Source: Bryobacterales bacterium (GTDB lineage Bacteria > Acidobacteriota > Terriglobia > Bryobacterales > UBA6623). From it: 64,000 nt of DNA. A program made the position numbers and the translations under genes. The notes beneath the pieces were generated by a model. It worked only from the letters and a program-made list of their open reading frames with translations. It was not told the origin of the DNA and searched no databases. Shown here piece after piece: positions 1-8,779 of the stretch. Numbering within the stretch: the stretch's first letter is position 1; every line of letters starts with the position of its first letter. The stretch covers positions 75,957 through 139,956 of the forward strand of contig JAPPMC010000191.1 of the NCBI GenBank assembly GCA_028819235.1, given 5' to 3'.

Positions 1-291
1 GCGGCTGGCACGGATGTCTAGCGGCTTCCGCGCCGGGCCGCGAATGACAGCCGTCTGAGACGTGTGGCGCGTCCCTTACGCCTATTCCCCGAACATCCCC
101 GACGCCCACCCCAATGCGCCGATCCATCCAAGCTTCGAAGTCCACCCGACGGCGGGGTCGGAGCGCATGCGGAGATCGGTCCGAAAGGCAAGGTCCAAAA
201 GGCGCAAGTCGGGAGCCGCGTCAACGTCGGGTGAAGTGCGATAGTTGGCCCAAGGGCAGTCGTCGGCGGGTCTCGGATCCGCACTGAGGCC

Positions 292-585
292 ATGGTCGGT
301 GCGAACGTTTCGATCGGCACGTTCGCAAAGATCGGAAACGAGGCGGAAGTCGGCCAAGGTGCGGTAGTCGAAGAGGGCGCGGATATCAGGACGCACTGCT
401 CCAAGGGCGAGAACGCCCGCATTGGGGAAGACGCGGCCTTTCGATGCAAGGTCTGGCGGGGGCACGAGACGACCGTCGGTGCAGAGACTCACCTCGGGCC
501 GGAGACGACGTGCGGGCCCTGCTCGAAGCTCGGGGAGAACGTCGTCACGAGCCTCGGGCTCGGCTCGATCCCCGAGCCGCGGTGA
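292..585 (+). CDS. hexapeptide-repeat (left-handed beta-helix) protein, short or truncated
   Basis: ORF-track 97 aa. About 15 consecutive hexads with a hydrophobic residue plus Gly in fixed register (VGANVS IGTFAK IGNEAE VGQGAV ...). A similar pattern continues upstream across an in-frame TGA at 232-234. Confidence 0.4.
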   Translation: MVGANVSIGTFAKIGNEAEVGQGAVVEEGADIRTHCSKGENARIGEDAAFRCKVWRGHETTVGAETHLGPETTCGPCSKLGENVVTSLGLGSIPEPR

Positions 586-860
586 TGGCGAGGCGATTGG
601 TCACGACGCGCACGTTACGGAAGAGGCGCCTGTCACCCCGGGGCACCTAGATCGGCGCCTTCTGGCTTGTGCCCAGAGAGTCCCACCGGCCGTCATGACC
701 TCGGACTGGGTAGCCGAGGAGCGCCCGAGCAGCCTGGTGAGCGCTCACCTGGATGGTTTGCCGCCCTTGCGAGCGACCTGCGATAGTTGGCTGGCCGAAG
801 CCGGTCAAGTGCCAGCTTGCCGTCATGAGCTCGGCGACACCGATCTGGCCGGGTTGACCC

Positions 861-1592
861 GTGACGACCGATCCGCCGAGCTTCAAGTCGCTGCCCCGCG
901 CCGCTGCACGGTGTATCCGTCTCGCCCTGCCGGTGCTCGAGCGATTCTTCAAACCGGATCGGTTCATCATCGGCTGCGGCTCGGCCCTTGCTGCACGATG
1001 GCACCATCGCGTCAGCATGGATGTAGACCTGTTCACCGAGTCATTGGGCGAAACCAAGCGCCTGCATGGGGCGGAAGATAAGATCCGAGCCGCCATCGCA
1101 AAGTCCTGCGGCCGGCCAGTGCCGGTCGGCACTACGCCCCAGCATGGACAGATCATCTTCTCCGCGGACGCGACCCTGGAATGGTCGGCAGTCCCGCGGC
1201 TGACTCCGGAGCCTGTGCCGCCCGACTCTGAGCCGATCAGCGGATTGCGCCTCGACAGCGTCGAGGAAATCCTGGCCCAGAAACTCTACTCGCGGATGTA
1301 CCTGAATGGCGGAAACCTGATCCGTGACGTGTGCGATCTGGCTTGGGCCGCGAAGCAAGAATCGCCGAACCTCTTGCTGCCAGCGATTCGCGCCTTCAGG
1401 TCCGCCGGGTTCGAGACCATGCTTGACGTGCTAGGGGACATCCGCGCTCAGCTCCTGCCCGTCAATCGTGACAGGCCGATCGGTGATCCGGCAGATCCAC
1501 ACTTCGAGTTTGAAGCCTTAGATGTCCTCTGTCGCCACTTGGAGAACTTGCGGCCGCCGCGCGTACAACGGGGACGGGGCATTCAAAGATGA
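861..1592 (+). CDS. AbiEii/DUF1814-type nucleotidyltransferase (type IV toxin-like)
   Basis: Pol-beta NTase motif IIGCGSALAARWHHRVSMDVDLF (G-S ... DxD). C-terminal EILAQKLYSRMYLNGGNLIRDVCDL matches the K...RD..DL motif of this family. The GTG start follows directly after an in-frame stop at 855-857. Confidence 0.7.
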   Translation: MTTDPPSFKSLPRAAARCIRLALPVLERFFKPDRFIIGCGSALAARWHHRVSMDVDLFTESLGETKRLHGAEDKIRAAIAKSCGRPVPVGTTPQHGQIIFSADATLEWSAVPRLTPEPVPPDSEPISGLRLDSVEEILAQKLYSRMYLNGGNLIRDVCDLAWAAKQESPNLLLPAIRAFRSAGFETMLDVLGDIRAQLLPVNRDRPIGDPADPHFEFEALDVLCRHLENLRPPRVQRGRGIQR

Positions 1593-2182
1593 TGGAGCCG
1601 CCCTGGAGCAGCTACGACAGGGTGAGGTGGGATCAGGTCAACTGGCTGTTTGACCATCCGGAGCACATCGACCGCCAACCTCCCTCGCGCGAGGAAGAGA
1701 TCGCCCTGAAGCGAGTGCTCGTAGGGGATCGTCTGGCACTACCAAGCGGCAACCGGCCAACCCGGCCGCCGCCGTTGGATCACTTTAGCAAGGCGCGGCA
1801 TCACCGCCGGCCGCGCTCGAGGCCCGATCCCGAACACAAGTGGCTCCGATTCGCAATCGGACGCTGGTTCGCCGGCTTCCGGGACGCGCCCAGTCCCGCA
1901 CAGCTTCGCGAATACCTGCTGATGCCCAGCTTGGCAGCGTTCCCGAACGCGCATCCGCGCTCGACGCTCCACAACCTGTTTAGCTACATGGCTCCGGTGG
2001 AAATGCTGGAGCTGCGCACTGCGGAAGGCCTGACCATCCACGAACTAGTCCGTGCTCTGCACCACTCGGGGGTCTGGCGCAGCTGTCTAGTGCGGCGGCT
2101 TGAGCCCTACGCCAGCCCTCGGCTGCGACCGCGCTATCTCGACGCGATGAAGGGTGACGAACACATGTCCGATGGCACCTGA
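1589..2182 (+). CDS. hypothetical protein, translationally coupled to the nucleotidyltransferase
   Basis: 197-aa ORF whose ATG overlaps the upstream stop (ATGA at 1589-1592). Non-repetitive, protein-like composition. No family recognised. Confidence 0.55.
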   Translation: MMEPPWSSYDRVRWDQVNWLFDHPEHIDRQPPSREEEIALKRVLVGDRLALPSGNRPTRPPPLDHFSKARHHRRPRSRPDPEHKWLRFAIGRWFAGFRDAPSPAQLREYLLMPSLAAFPNAHPRSTLHNLFSYMAPVEMLELRTAEGLTIHELVRALHHSGVWRSCLVRRLEPYASPRLRPRYLDAMKGDEHMSDGT

Positions 2183-2259
2183 GGCCCGTCGCGCCTCGAT
2201 AGCACCTGCCGTCACCGTCTCCGCCCAGCCGCTCGGTCCTCCGACGGCCAAAGCGGGTC

Positions 2260-2514
2260 CTACCCGCGATGATCCCACCGACGTTCGGACATTTCCTGCA
2301 TCTCAAGCCGGTCGCCATGTGGAACCAGAACCATGCCTAGGGCCGTTAGCGAAGCTTGAATCCGCAGCGTTTCCCACGCTGCGAGATCGGCGTACTGGAT
2401 CAAGCCGTCCATGATGGGCGCGCACCCCATCCGGTGGCCATAGTCGGCGTATTTGCCCCCCAAGACGGATCGCCAATCCCGCGAAGTCCCTATTCTGCCT
2501 TGACAGAGGCCCAC
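2260..2514 (-). CDS. possible small hypothetical protein downstream of the WD40 gene
   Basis: Part of track ORF 2260..2649. The stretch SVLGGKYADYGHRMGCAPIMDGLIQYADLAAWETLR has strongly G/C-biased third positions like real genes here. GTG at 2514 lies 26 nt after the WD40 stop. No family recognised. Confidence 0.3.
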   Translation of the reverse strand: MGLCQGRIGTSRDWRSVLGGKYADYGHRMGCAPIMDGLIQYADLAAWETLRIQASLTALGMVLVPHGDRLEMQEMSERRWDHRG

Positions 2515-2539
2515 GCCCCTGCGACGAGAGCGCTTTCCG

Positions 2540-4831
2540 CTACGGAGTCTCAGATGGGGGTAGCGGATGGAGAGACCACGACTGTGCACCCCCATTCCCG
2601 AAAGCCGCAACCTCCGTATTGTCCGGCCCGAACGCCAGCCCCCGGACACTGGCGAGCCCGGTGGACATGGCCGCGACAGCCTTTCCGCTTGTGGCGCACC
2701 AGATCCGGACCTCCCGATCGGCTGCAGCTGTGGCTATCAACTGGCCATTGGCTGACACAGCCATGGCCACCACAGGGGCGGAGTGGCCTTCGAGTGCGAA
2801 CAACTGCTGACCTGCACTGGAGTCCCAAATCCAGGGCGCAAGTTCCGGAGGTTGGGATCTCAGCCTTCGAACTACGAATCGGCTTCCCTGGGCCACGAAC
2901 CGAGCCTCCAGACGCTCTAGTGTTCCCCTTCTTGCCTCGACTCTGACAAGCTCGGACTCAGTAGGAATGTCCCAGACCTGCACGACAGATGCGCGGAAAC
3001 GGCCACCCTCGGTGAGCAGCAGAGAGCCGTCGCTGGACTCCTCGACGTACAGTGCCCTCCCTTCAGGTCGAACGGCCGTGACCACCATTCCAGTGCTCCA
3101 GTCCCACGCTGTCGCTCTGCTGTCGGAAGCGCTCAGAACGCGTTCTCCGTCACCAGACCAGGAGACGTGGGGAATCTGCTCATCGCTAGATCCGGGCCCA
3201 ATGAGCCAGAGCGGTTGCCCATAAAGGTCGTGAACCTGCACAACACTCAGGCCATCCGAGCCAGCCACCGCTAACCGCTGCCCGTCCGGGGACCAAGCGA
3301 ATGAGTCCACGGAACCTCCAAGGTAGGCCGGTGGCGAGACTTCCGATGTGACATCCCGAATGTGTAGTTCGCCGCCGGCCCAGCCGAACAGAATGGCGAT
3401 CTTGTTCGACTCGGGAGAGTACGAGACTGCCTCGGGTGGCATCGGCGAACCGCGATACCGCCAAGGCACCCAGTCGAAGTACGTAAGTTCGAACAGCGGA
3501 TACCCCGTTCCCGTCTGCCATATGCGGACCGTTCCGTCCCCCCCGGCAGTTGCGACGCGCGCCACGCTCGGAGCATACGAGAGGGAGACCACATTGCCCC
3601 GATCGTGCCCTTGGAAGCCAGAGATCTCTGCGTGGGACGCACTGTCCCAAATTCGGACACTTCCGTCCGAGCTGGCCGCGCCGTACCGCATTCCGTCCTG
3701 AGACCACGCGACGGCCTCGACTGCCTCCCGGAAGCTGTGCGGGGCCGCTGCCTGCGCTCCGGTCTCTACATCCCATACTTTGGCTGTTGAATCGAGGCCT
3801 CCGGTCAACAAGAAACGACCATCCGGCGAGAATGCCATCGAGACAACTTGGCCGTAGTGGGGTGTATAGGAGACCTCTGGTTCGACCGACCAGCGGGCGA
3901 GCTCCTCCCCACTCAAAGTGGACCAGACCCGAATCGTGGAGGCGGGGACGCTGACCGCAATCCGATCGCCATCCTTCGAGAACGCCATCGAATCGACGGG
4001 GGACTGGCCTCCGCTGAGTAGCGTTCCCTCATTCAGAATGCTCCGGTGAAGCGACCAATCCGATGTGGACCACAGATTGACAATCCCGTCGTCTCCTCCT
4101 GTGGCGATCAGACGTCCATCCGAGGACCAGGCCAAGTTCCAGGTGACGCCGTCGTGCCGCTGTGCCTCGAACTCGACCTCGCCGTCGGCCACGCGGTATA
4201 TGCGAAGCGTTCCGAAAATGCCAAGAACTGCGATCTGTTCCCCGCTCGGAGACCAGGCGAGGAGTGGGAGGCTCTCCCGACCCAGTCCGTCCAGGTCGAT
4301 GCTCCGAAGCAACTCCCCGGTATCTGGATGCCAGATGTTCACGTGGGTATTTGTCTGTGTCGACAGGCGGTTGCCGACCGGCGACCAGACCGGGTATCCC
4401 ATCTCTGGCAGGGAATCGTGGTCGAATTCAAGCGTCACCCGACCACTGCGGATGTCTAGGATTCGGGCCCCGGAGACTGCTGTGAGGGCAACTCGCGAGC
4501 CGTCGGGAGATATGGCATGCCCTACGAGCGGGCTCCCCTCCGAGAGCCTGCGCGCGTTCGAGGGTCTGGCGGAATGCCACGCGATAAGGGAATCGCTGGA
4601 GCTTGTCAGCACTAGTCGACCGGATGGCGGGACGAACTGTATCGTCCATATGGCGGCTCGATGGTCACTAATCTCGATGCCCGGACTGACCGCGTACACT
4701 TTGCTCACGTCCGTGGCCTGAAGGGTCGGGCAAGTCGCCACGAGGGCTGATGCGACCCAGGCTAGGATCGGGGTCGGAATGCCGGTCAAGCACCGGCCGT
4801 TGTGGGGCTTGGGCGGGATCGTCACTGTCAC
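2540..4831 (-). CDS. exported WD40-repeat protein (probably two beta-propellers)
   Basis: Many WD40 blade ends: IVNLWSTSDWS, IRVWSTLSGEE, AKVWDVETGAQ, VRIWDSASHAE, VRIWQTGTGYP, VQVWDIPTESE, VRIWCATSGKA. Hydrophobic N-terminus (ILAWVASALVATC). The start may be the second GTG at 4825, which has better spacing from GGAGG. Confidence 0.85.
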   Translation of the reverse strand: MTVTIPPKPHNGRCLTGIPTPILAWVASALVATCPTLQATDVSKVYAVSPGIEISDHRAAIWTIQFVPPSGRLVLTSSSDSLIAWHSARPSNARRLSEGSPLVGHAISPDGSRVALTAVSGARILDIRSGRVTLEFDHDSLPEMGYPVWSPVGNRLSTQTNTHVNIWHPDTGELLRSIDLDGLGRESLPLLAWSPSGEQIAVLGIFGTLRIYRVADGEVEFEAQRHDGVTWNLAWSSDGRLIATGGDDGIVNLWSTSDWSLHRSILNEGTLLSGGQSPVDSMAFSKDGDRIAVSVPASTIRVWSTLSGEELARWSVEPEVSYTPHYGQVVSMAFSPDGRFLLTGGLDSTAKVWDVETGAQAAAPHSFREAVEAVAWSQDGMRYGAASSDGSVRIWDSASHAEISGFQGHDRGNVVSLSYAPSVARVATAGGDGTVRIWQTGTGYPLFELTYFDWVPWRYRGSPMPPEAVSYSPESNKIAILFGWAGGELHIRDVTSEVSPPAYLGGSVDSFAWSPDGQRLAVAGSDGLSVVQVHDLYGQPLWLIGPGSSDEQIPHVSWSGDGERVLSASDSRATAWDWSTGMVVTAVRPEGRALYVEESSDGSLLLTEGGRFRASVVQVWDIPTESELVRVEARRGTLERLEARFVAQGSRFVVRRLRSQPPELAPWIWDSSAGQQLFALEGHSAPVVAMAVSANGQLIATAAADREVRIWCATSGKAVAAMSTGLASVRGLAFGPDNTEVAAFGNGGAQSWSLHPLPPSETP

Positions 4832-4956
4832 GCCTCCTCAGTCTAGGGTCAGATTGGGCGGGTACAAGATTCCCGCGACGGCGGCAGTCAGCGGGAAAGC
4901 GGCGATGACCGGGACCGGTCTGGTGACTGGTGCGGCGTTGCCGGAAGTGCCAGAGA

Positions 4957-4962
4957 TATAAT
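4957..4962 (+). promoter_or_regulatory. candidate -10 box (TATAAT) for the PPC-domain gene
   Basis: Perfect TATAAT in GC-rich DNA, 42 nt upstream of GTG 5005, which has AGGAG 8 nt upstream. No convincing -35. Confidence 0.3.
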
Positions 4963-5004
4963 CCCCGCTAGGCGGCGCATTGTCAGACCGAGAAGGAGTA
5001 AACA

Positions 5005-5547
5005 GTGAATCTACTCACACCGATGATCTTGCTTGCCAGCGCTTTGGCAGCGGCACAAGTGACCCAGACCTATATCGTCAAGTCCACGACCCCTGATCAA
5101 GACTCCAAGCCGAACAGCGGTGAAGTGCCGGACGGGCTGGCCATCGAAAGCGAGTTCGAGCGAGTTGTAGTGCTTCGGTTCAAGTACAAGGCCGATCTGC
5201 TCGAAGCGTTCGAGAGGATGGTCGCGCAGCACGACATCCGCAATGCAGTCATTCTCGCTGGAATCGGATCCGTCCGGAACTACCACATTCACGCTGTGAG
5301 CAACCGGGTCTTCCCGTCCGAGAACATCTTCACAAGGGACCCTACCAAGCCGGCCGACATCGTAGGCATGAACGGGTATGTGATCGACGGGCGGATACAC
5401 GCGCACATGACTCTCGCCGATGGGGACAAAGCATTCGGAGGACATCTAGAGCGCGGCACAAATGTCTTCACGTTCGCCATTGTCACTTTGGGCGTGTTCA
5501 AGGACGGCATCGACCTAAGCCGAGTGGACGACAAGACTTACCGTTGA
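5005..5547 (+). CDS. PPC (DUF296) domain protein with N-terminal signal peptide
   Basis: Signal-like MNLLTPMILLASALAAAQV. PPC-fold motifs AVILAGIGSVRNYHIH and IVGMNGYVIDGRIHAHMTLADGDKAFGGHLERGTNVFTFAIVTL. Confidence 0.75.
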   Translation: MNLLTPMILLASALAAAQVTQTYIVKSTTPDQDSKPNSGEVPDGLAIESEFERVVVLRFKYKADLLEAFERMVAQHDIRNAVILAGIGSVRNYHIHAVSNRVFPSENIFTRDPTKPADIVGMNGYVIDGRIHAHMTLADGDKAFGGHLERGTNVFTFAIVTLGVFKDGIDLSRVDDKTYR

Positions 5548-5671
5548 GGAGACCCCTTCCGGAGTGCGTCAGGCCAAGCAGTTCCAGAGGCCGGCCGGCT
5601 CCTTAGGCGCTGAGGCCGCCCAAGCGGCCCCGACCGGCCTCTCGCGCGATGCGCGCAAGCCGCCGCAGGCG

Positions 5672-8659
5672 TTAGGAACCTGCCGCCTGAATGTCTTCCG
5701 TTTCGAGTGTCGCAAGGAATGCGATCAGATCGATCAGCTCTTGCATCGGGACCGCGCTCGCGAGGTCATCCGGCATGAGGGACAGGCTCCCTTGCCGCCG
5801 ATCCAGCACATCCTCGGGTGCTAGGGTAATATCCTCGGCGGCCTCCGTCCGAAGCACGATCCGCTCGGGGCCGTCCTCGACCATCAAGCCGGTGACCGTC
5901 CCGTGGGTGGTCGTGTCCAGAATCCAAGTGACATATTCGGGCGCAATCCCGGCACTCGGGTGCAGGATCGCATCCAGCAGTCCCTCCTTGCCATACTTCG
6001 CGGCGATCGTGGCAAGGCTCGGACCAACCAGCTCTTCGCCCGGGGTTAGGGAATGGCACTTCGCGCAGCTCGCGCCGTCCTTTCGCTCAAACACTGCCCT
6101 GCCCCGATCCGGGCTGCCGACCGACTCGAGGATCTCTCGGGGTCGGATCGGCCTCTGCTCGCCGGCACTGGCGATTCCTGGTAGCACCTTCGCAGCCCGA
6201 GCCCGCACATCCCGATCGCGAGATCGGTTCAGCATGCTGGCGGCAGCTGCGCGAAGCTCGCCGGGTAGCTCGAAGGACTCTTCCATGTCCAGAATCCGGA
6301 GCTGGCCCTGGCGGACGGTTCCGAGTGTTCTCAGCGCCGCCGTGCGAACCGCATTCGGAGCGTCGGAGAGGAGCACATCGACGAGTGTCTCCTGCCATCC
6401 GTCGGCGGCCGAGAGCCGCAGTCCCTCCATCGCGGCGATTCGCACTGTGTCCGGACCCGCAGCAGCTTGGCGATGGAGCATGGACTCAACCTCTTGCCCG
6501 CCAAGCGCCCCAAGGGTCCGCAGTGCAGTGACGCGGTGTTCTTCGGCGGCCACTTTGCTTGAAGCGAGGCGCATCAGCCGAGGTGCCAGGGCGAGGTGGG
6601 GTGACAGTTCCGCCACCCGCAACGCCGCCGTCCGTGTGCCGGGACTGTCCAGCGCCCGGCCAATCCCTGCAACAACGTGCGTGTCATCCCGGCGCTCCCG
6701 CCACTCGCTGAAGAGTTGCTTGCTCATGAAGTAAAGGGCACGGTTACGCAGTTCCAATGGCTCGCCATTGGAACCAGCAATCGTTGCGACTGTGCGGGAA
6801 GCTTGAGGCTCAGCCTGCCACCCGACAACGTCAAGTGCGCCCATGCGCTCTGTAGGGCTGCGCGTGGAGTCGAGTGCAATGGCGGACAGCTGCCCGAGCG
6901 AGGATGGCGCCTGCAATATGCGGTACAACGCAGCGAGCTGTGGCGTCAATCCTCGTCGGCCAGCGCTCAGGGCAGCGTACAGGTCGTCCTCAATGCCGGA
7001 TGCCCCGATTCCCAGCGCGGCGAGGTACCACCGGTCGTTCTCCGGCACTTCCTCTGCTAGGGCCAGCCAAATCTCCAAGCGAGCCGCACGAGACACATGC
7101 GGGAGCACCAGGGCCACCTCCCTGCGGACTTGAGGGGAGGGATCATGGGCCAGATGGGCTGCTTTGCCTGCTAGGTCCAATCCGTGCAGGCGGGCCACGC
7201 GCAGCCCAAGGATCCGGAAGCGCGGATCTTGCGAAGCCAAAGCCGCTTCGACGGCCTGAGCGCCATGTTGGCCCATCCCACCAAGCAGCCACAGTGACCG
7301 TGCCCGGAGGGCATAGCTTGGCCCTTCCCAGCCAGTCCGAAGGAGGCCGAGCCTCTCGTCCTCAGAGCGCAGTCGCAGTTCCTGATAGGCGCGATAGCGG
7401 GTCGCCTGGTTCGGAGACGCGAAGGCGGCCAGCAAGCCTCCGGGGGATTCGAGGTCCAACGGCGGGACATCGCCAAGATGGCCGGGTGGCGCGATGCGGT
7501 AGATCCGGCCCTGCTGCCTGTCAAGCATGTTGTGTCCGCCCACGACCGGGTCCCGCCAGTCCGCCACGAAGACGGAACCATCAGGCGCAACCGCAATGTC
7601 ACTCGGCCGGAACAGCGGGTCAGTGCTGACCACCGTGTTTTCGGTGTCGAGGGAAAAGCCCGCACCGTCCGGCTGCAAATGAAACCCCTGAATCAGGCGC
7701 TTCCCCGGTTCGGAGTGAAGCAGCTGCCCTTGGTAGCGGGCCGGCAGCAGGTCACCCTCGTACACCACAAGCCCAGTCGGCGAACCAGGCCCGGTTCGGG
7801 CGATGTACGGGACCGTGTCCGGCCGCTCCTCGTGGAAGTGCGTGCCCTTGTCCTCTCGCCAGCGCCGGCCACCGGGCCCCCAGTACCCGAAATTCGCCCC
7901 CTCCATCACGTGGAGCAGGCGCGTCCACTGGTTGCCGTCGTCGTCGTTGTCGGTCTGCCAGATCGAGCCAAACGAATCGATTGCGATCTCGTACGGGTTG
8001 CGTGCGTTGTGGGCCAACACCCTGAAGTCTGTTCCGTCCGGGTTCACGGACTGCACGGTGGCGGCGAAGTAGGGGCCTTCCCGGCTGCTGCGGAAAGTGT
8101 TCCCGGACCTGTCGGTGACCTCGAAGCCCTGATCCCCGGAGTTGAAGTAGTAGCGCCCGTCGTGTCCGAACAGGACCACGTGCAGCCCGTGGTCGTGGTC
8201 GATGCCGCGCCACCCAGTCAGCAGTGTCTCCTTGCCAACGATGTTGTCGTCCTCATCCTTCGTGTAGACGATGAGATCCGGGGACTGCGAGACGAGAACC
8301 TTGTTGCCCAAGACGGAGATCCCCAGCGGGGCCAGCATCTCTGGGTGTTGGTCGAACAGCTTCCGCGAATCCGCCCGCCCGTGCCCGTTGGTGTCCTCGA
8401 GGATCACGATCCGGTCGCCCTCGAGGTCGTTTCGGGGCTGGCCCTTCAGGTCCGTGCGGTAGTTCACCGACTCCACGAACCAAATCCGCCCTCGCTCGTC
8501 TATGTCGAAGTTTGTCGGATTCACCACGAGCGGCTCGGAAGCCCAGACGGTCATCTCCAGACCGTCGATTACCTCAAAGTGCTCGCCGGCTGGCGGTGCA
8601 GGGACACTACACGCGCCCAAGCCGAGCATCGTTGCCACAACTAGGGCCTTTCGGACCAT
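5672..8659 (-). CDS. PVC-type heme-binding protein: membrane-bound dehydrogenase-like domain + HEAT repeats + cytochrome c
   Basis: Lipoprotein-type signal (MLGLGAC). N-terminal EPLVVNPTNFDIDERGRIWFVESVNYR, typical of the putative membrane-bound dehydrogenase domain. Long helical HEAT-like middle. C-terminal CxxCH (DGASCAKCHS). Confidence 0.85.
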   Translation of the reverse strand: MVRKALVVATMLGLGACSVPAPPAGEHFEVIDGLEMTVWASEPLVVNPTNFDIDERGRIWFVESVNYRTDLKGQPRNDLEGDRIVILEDTNGHGRADSRKLFDQHPEMLAPLGISVLGNKVLVSQSPDLIVYTKDEDDNIVGKETLLTGWRGIDHDHGLHVVLFGHDGRYYFNSGDQGFEVTDRSGNTFRSSREGPYFAATVQSVNPDGTDFRVLAHNARNPYEIAIDSFGSIWQTDNDDDGNQWTRLLHVMEGANFGYWGPGGRRWREDKGTHFHEERPDTVPYIARTGPGSPTGLVVYEGDLLPARYQGQLLHSEPGKRLIQGFHLQPDGAGFSLDTENTVVSTDPLFRPSDIAVAPDGSVFVADWRDPVVGGHNMLDRQQGRIYRIAPPGHLGDVPPLDLESPGGLLAAFASPNQATRYRAYQELRLRSEDERLGLLRTGWEGPSYALRARSLWLLGGMGQHGAQAVEAALASQDPRFRILGLRVARLHGLDLAGKAAHLAHDPSPQVRREVALVLPHVSRAARLEIWLALAEEVPENDRWYLAALGIGASGIEDDLYAALSAGRRGLTPQLAALYRILQAPSSLGQLSAIALDSTRSPTERMGALDVVGWQAEPQASRTVATIAGSNGEPLELRNRALYFMSKQLFSEWRERRDDTHVVAGIGRALDSPGTRTAALRVAELSPHLALAPRLMRLASSKVAAEEHRVTALRTLGALGGQEVESMLHRQAAAGPDTVRIAAMEGLRLSAADGWQETLVDVLLSDAPNAVRTAALRTLGTVRQGQLRILDMEESFELPGELRAAAASMLNRSRDRDVRARAAKVLPGIASAGEQRPIRPREILESVGSPDRGRAVFERKDGASCAKCHSLTPGEELVGPSLATIAAKYGKEGLLDAILHPSAGIAPEYVTWILDTTTHGTVTGLMVEDGPERIVLRTEAAEDITLAPEDVLDRRQGSLSLMPDDLASAVPMQELIDLIAFLATLETEDIQAAGS

Positions 8660-8779
8660 GTCCCCCGATTCTAGCGGCCCATTCCCCGCTGAAGAAACGT
8701 TCCCGTCCTGGTCCAGCGATGCGCTGCAGCGTATTCAGACGTGCGTGTGGAGCGCTGGCCTATGGGATGCAGTCTCCGC

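Noticed and set aside
5691-8644. Long plus-strand ORFs 5691..6734 (347 aa) and 7478..8644 (388 aa) inside the heme-binding dehydrogenase gene.
   Set aside because: They are antisense to a gene with clear domain signatures. Their translations are Ser/Arg/Pro/Val-rich low-complexity strings typical of antisense frames in high-GC DNA.
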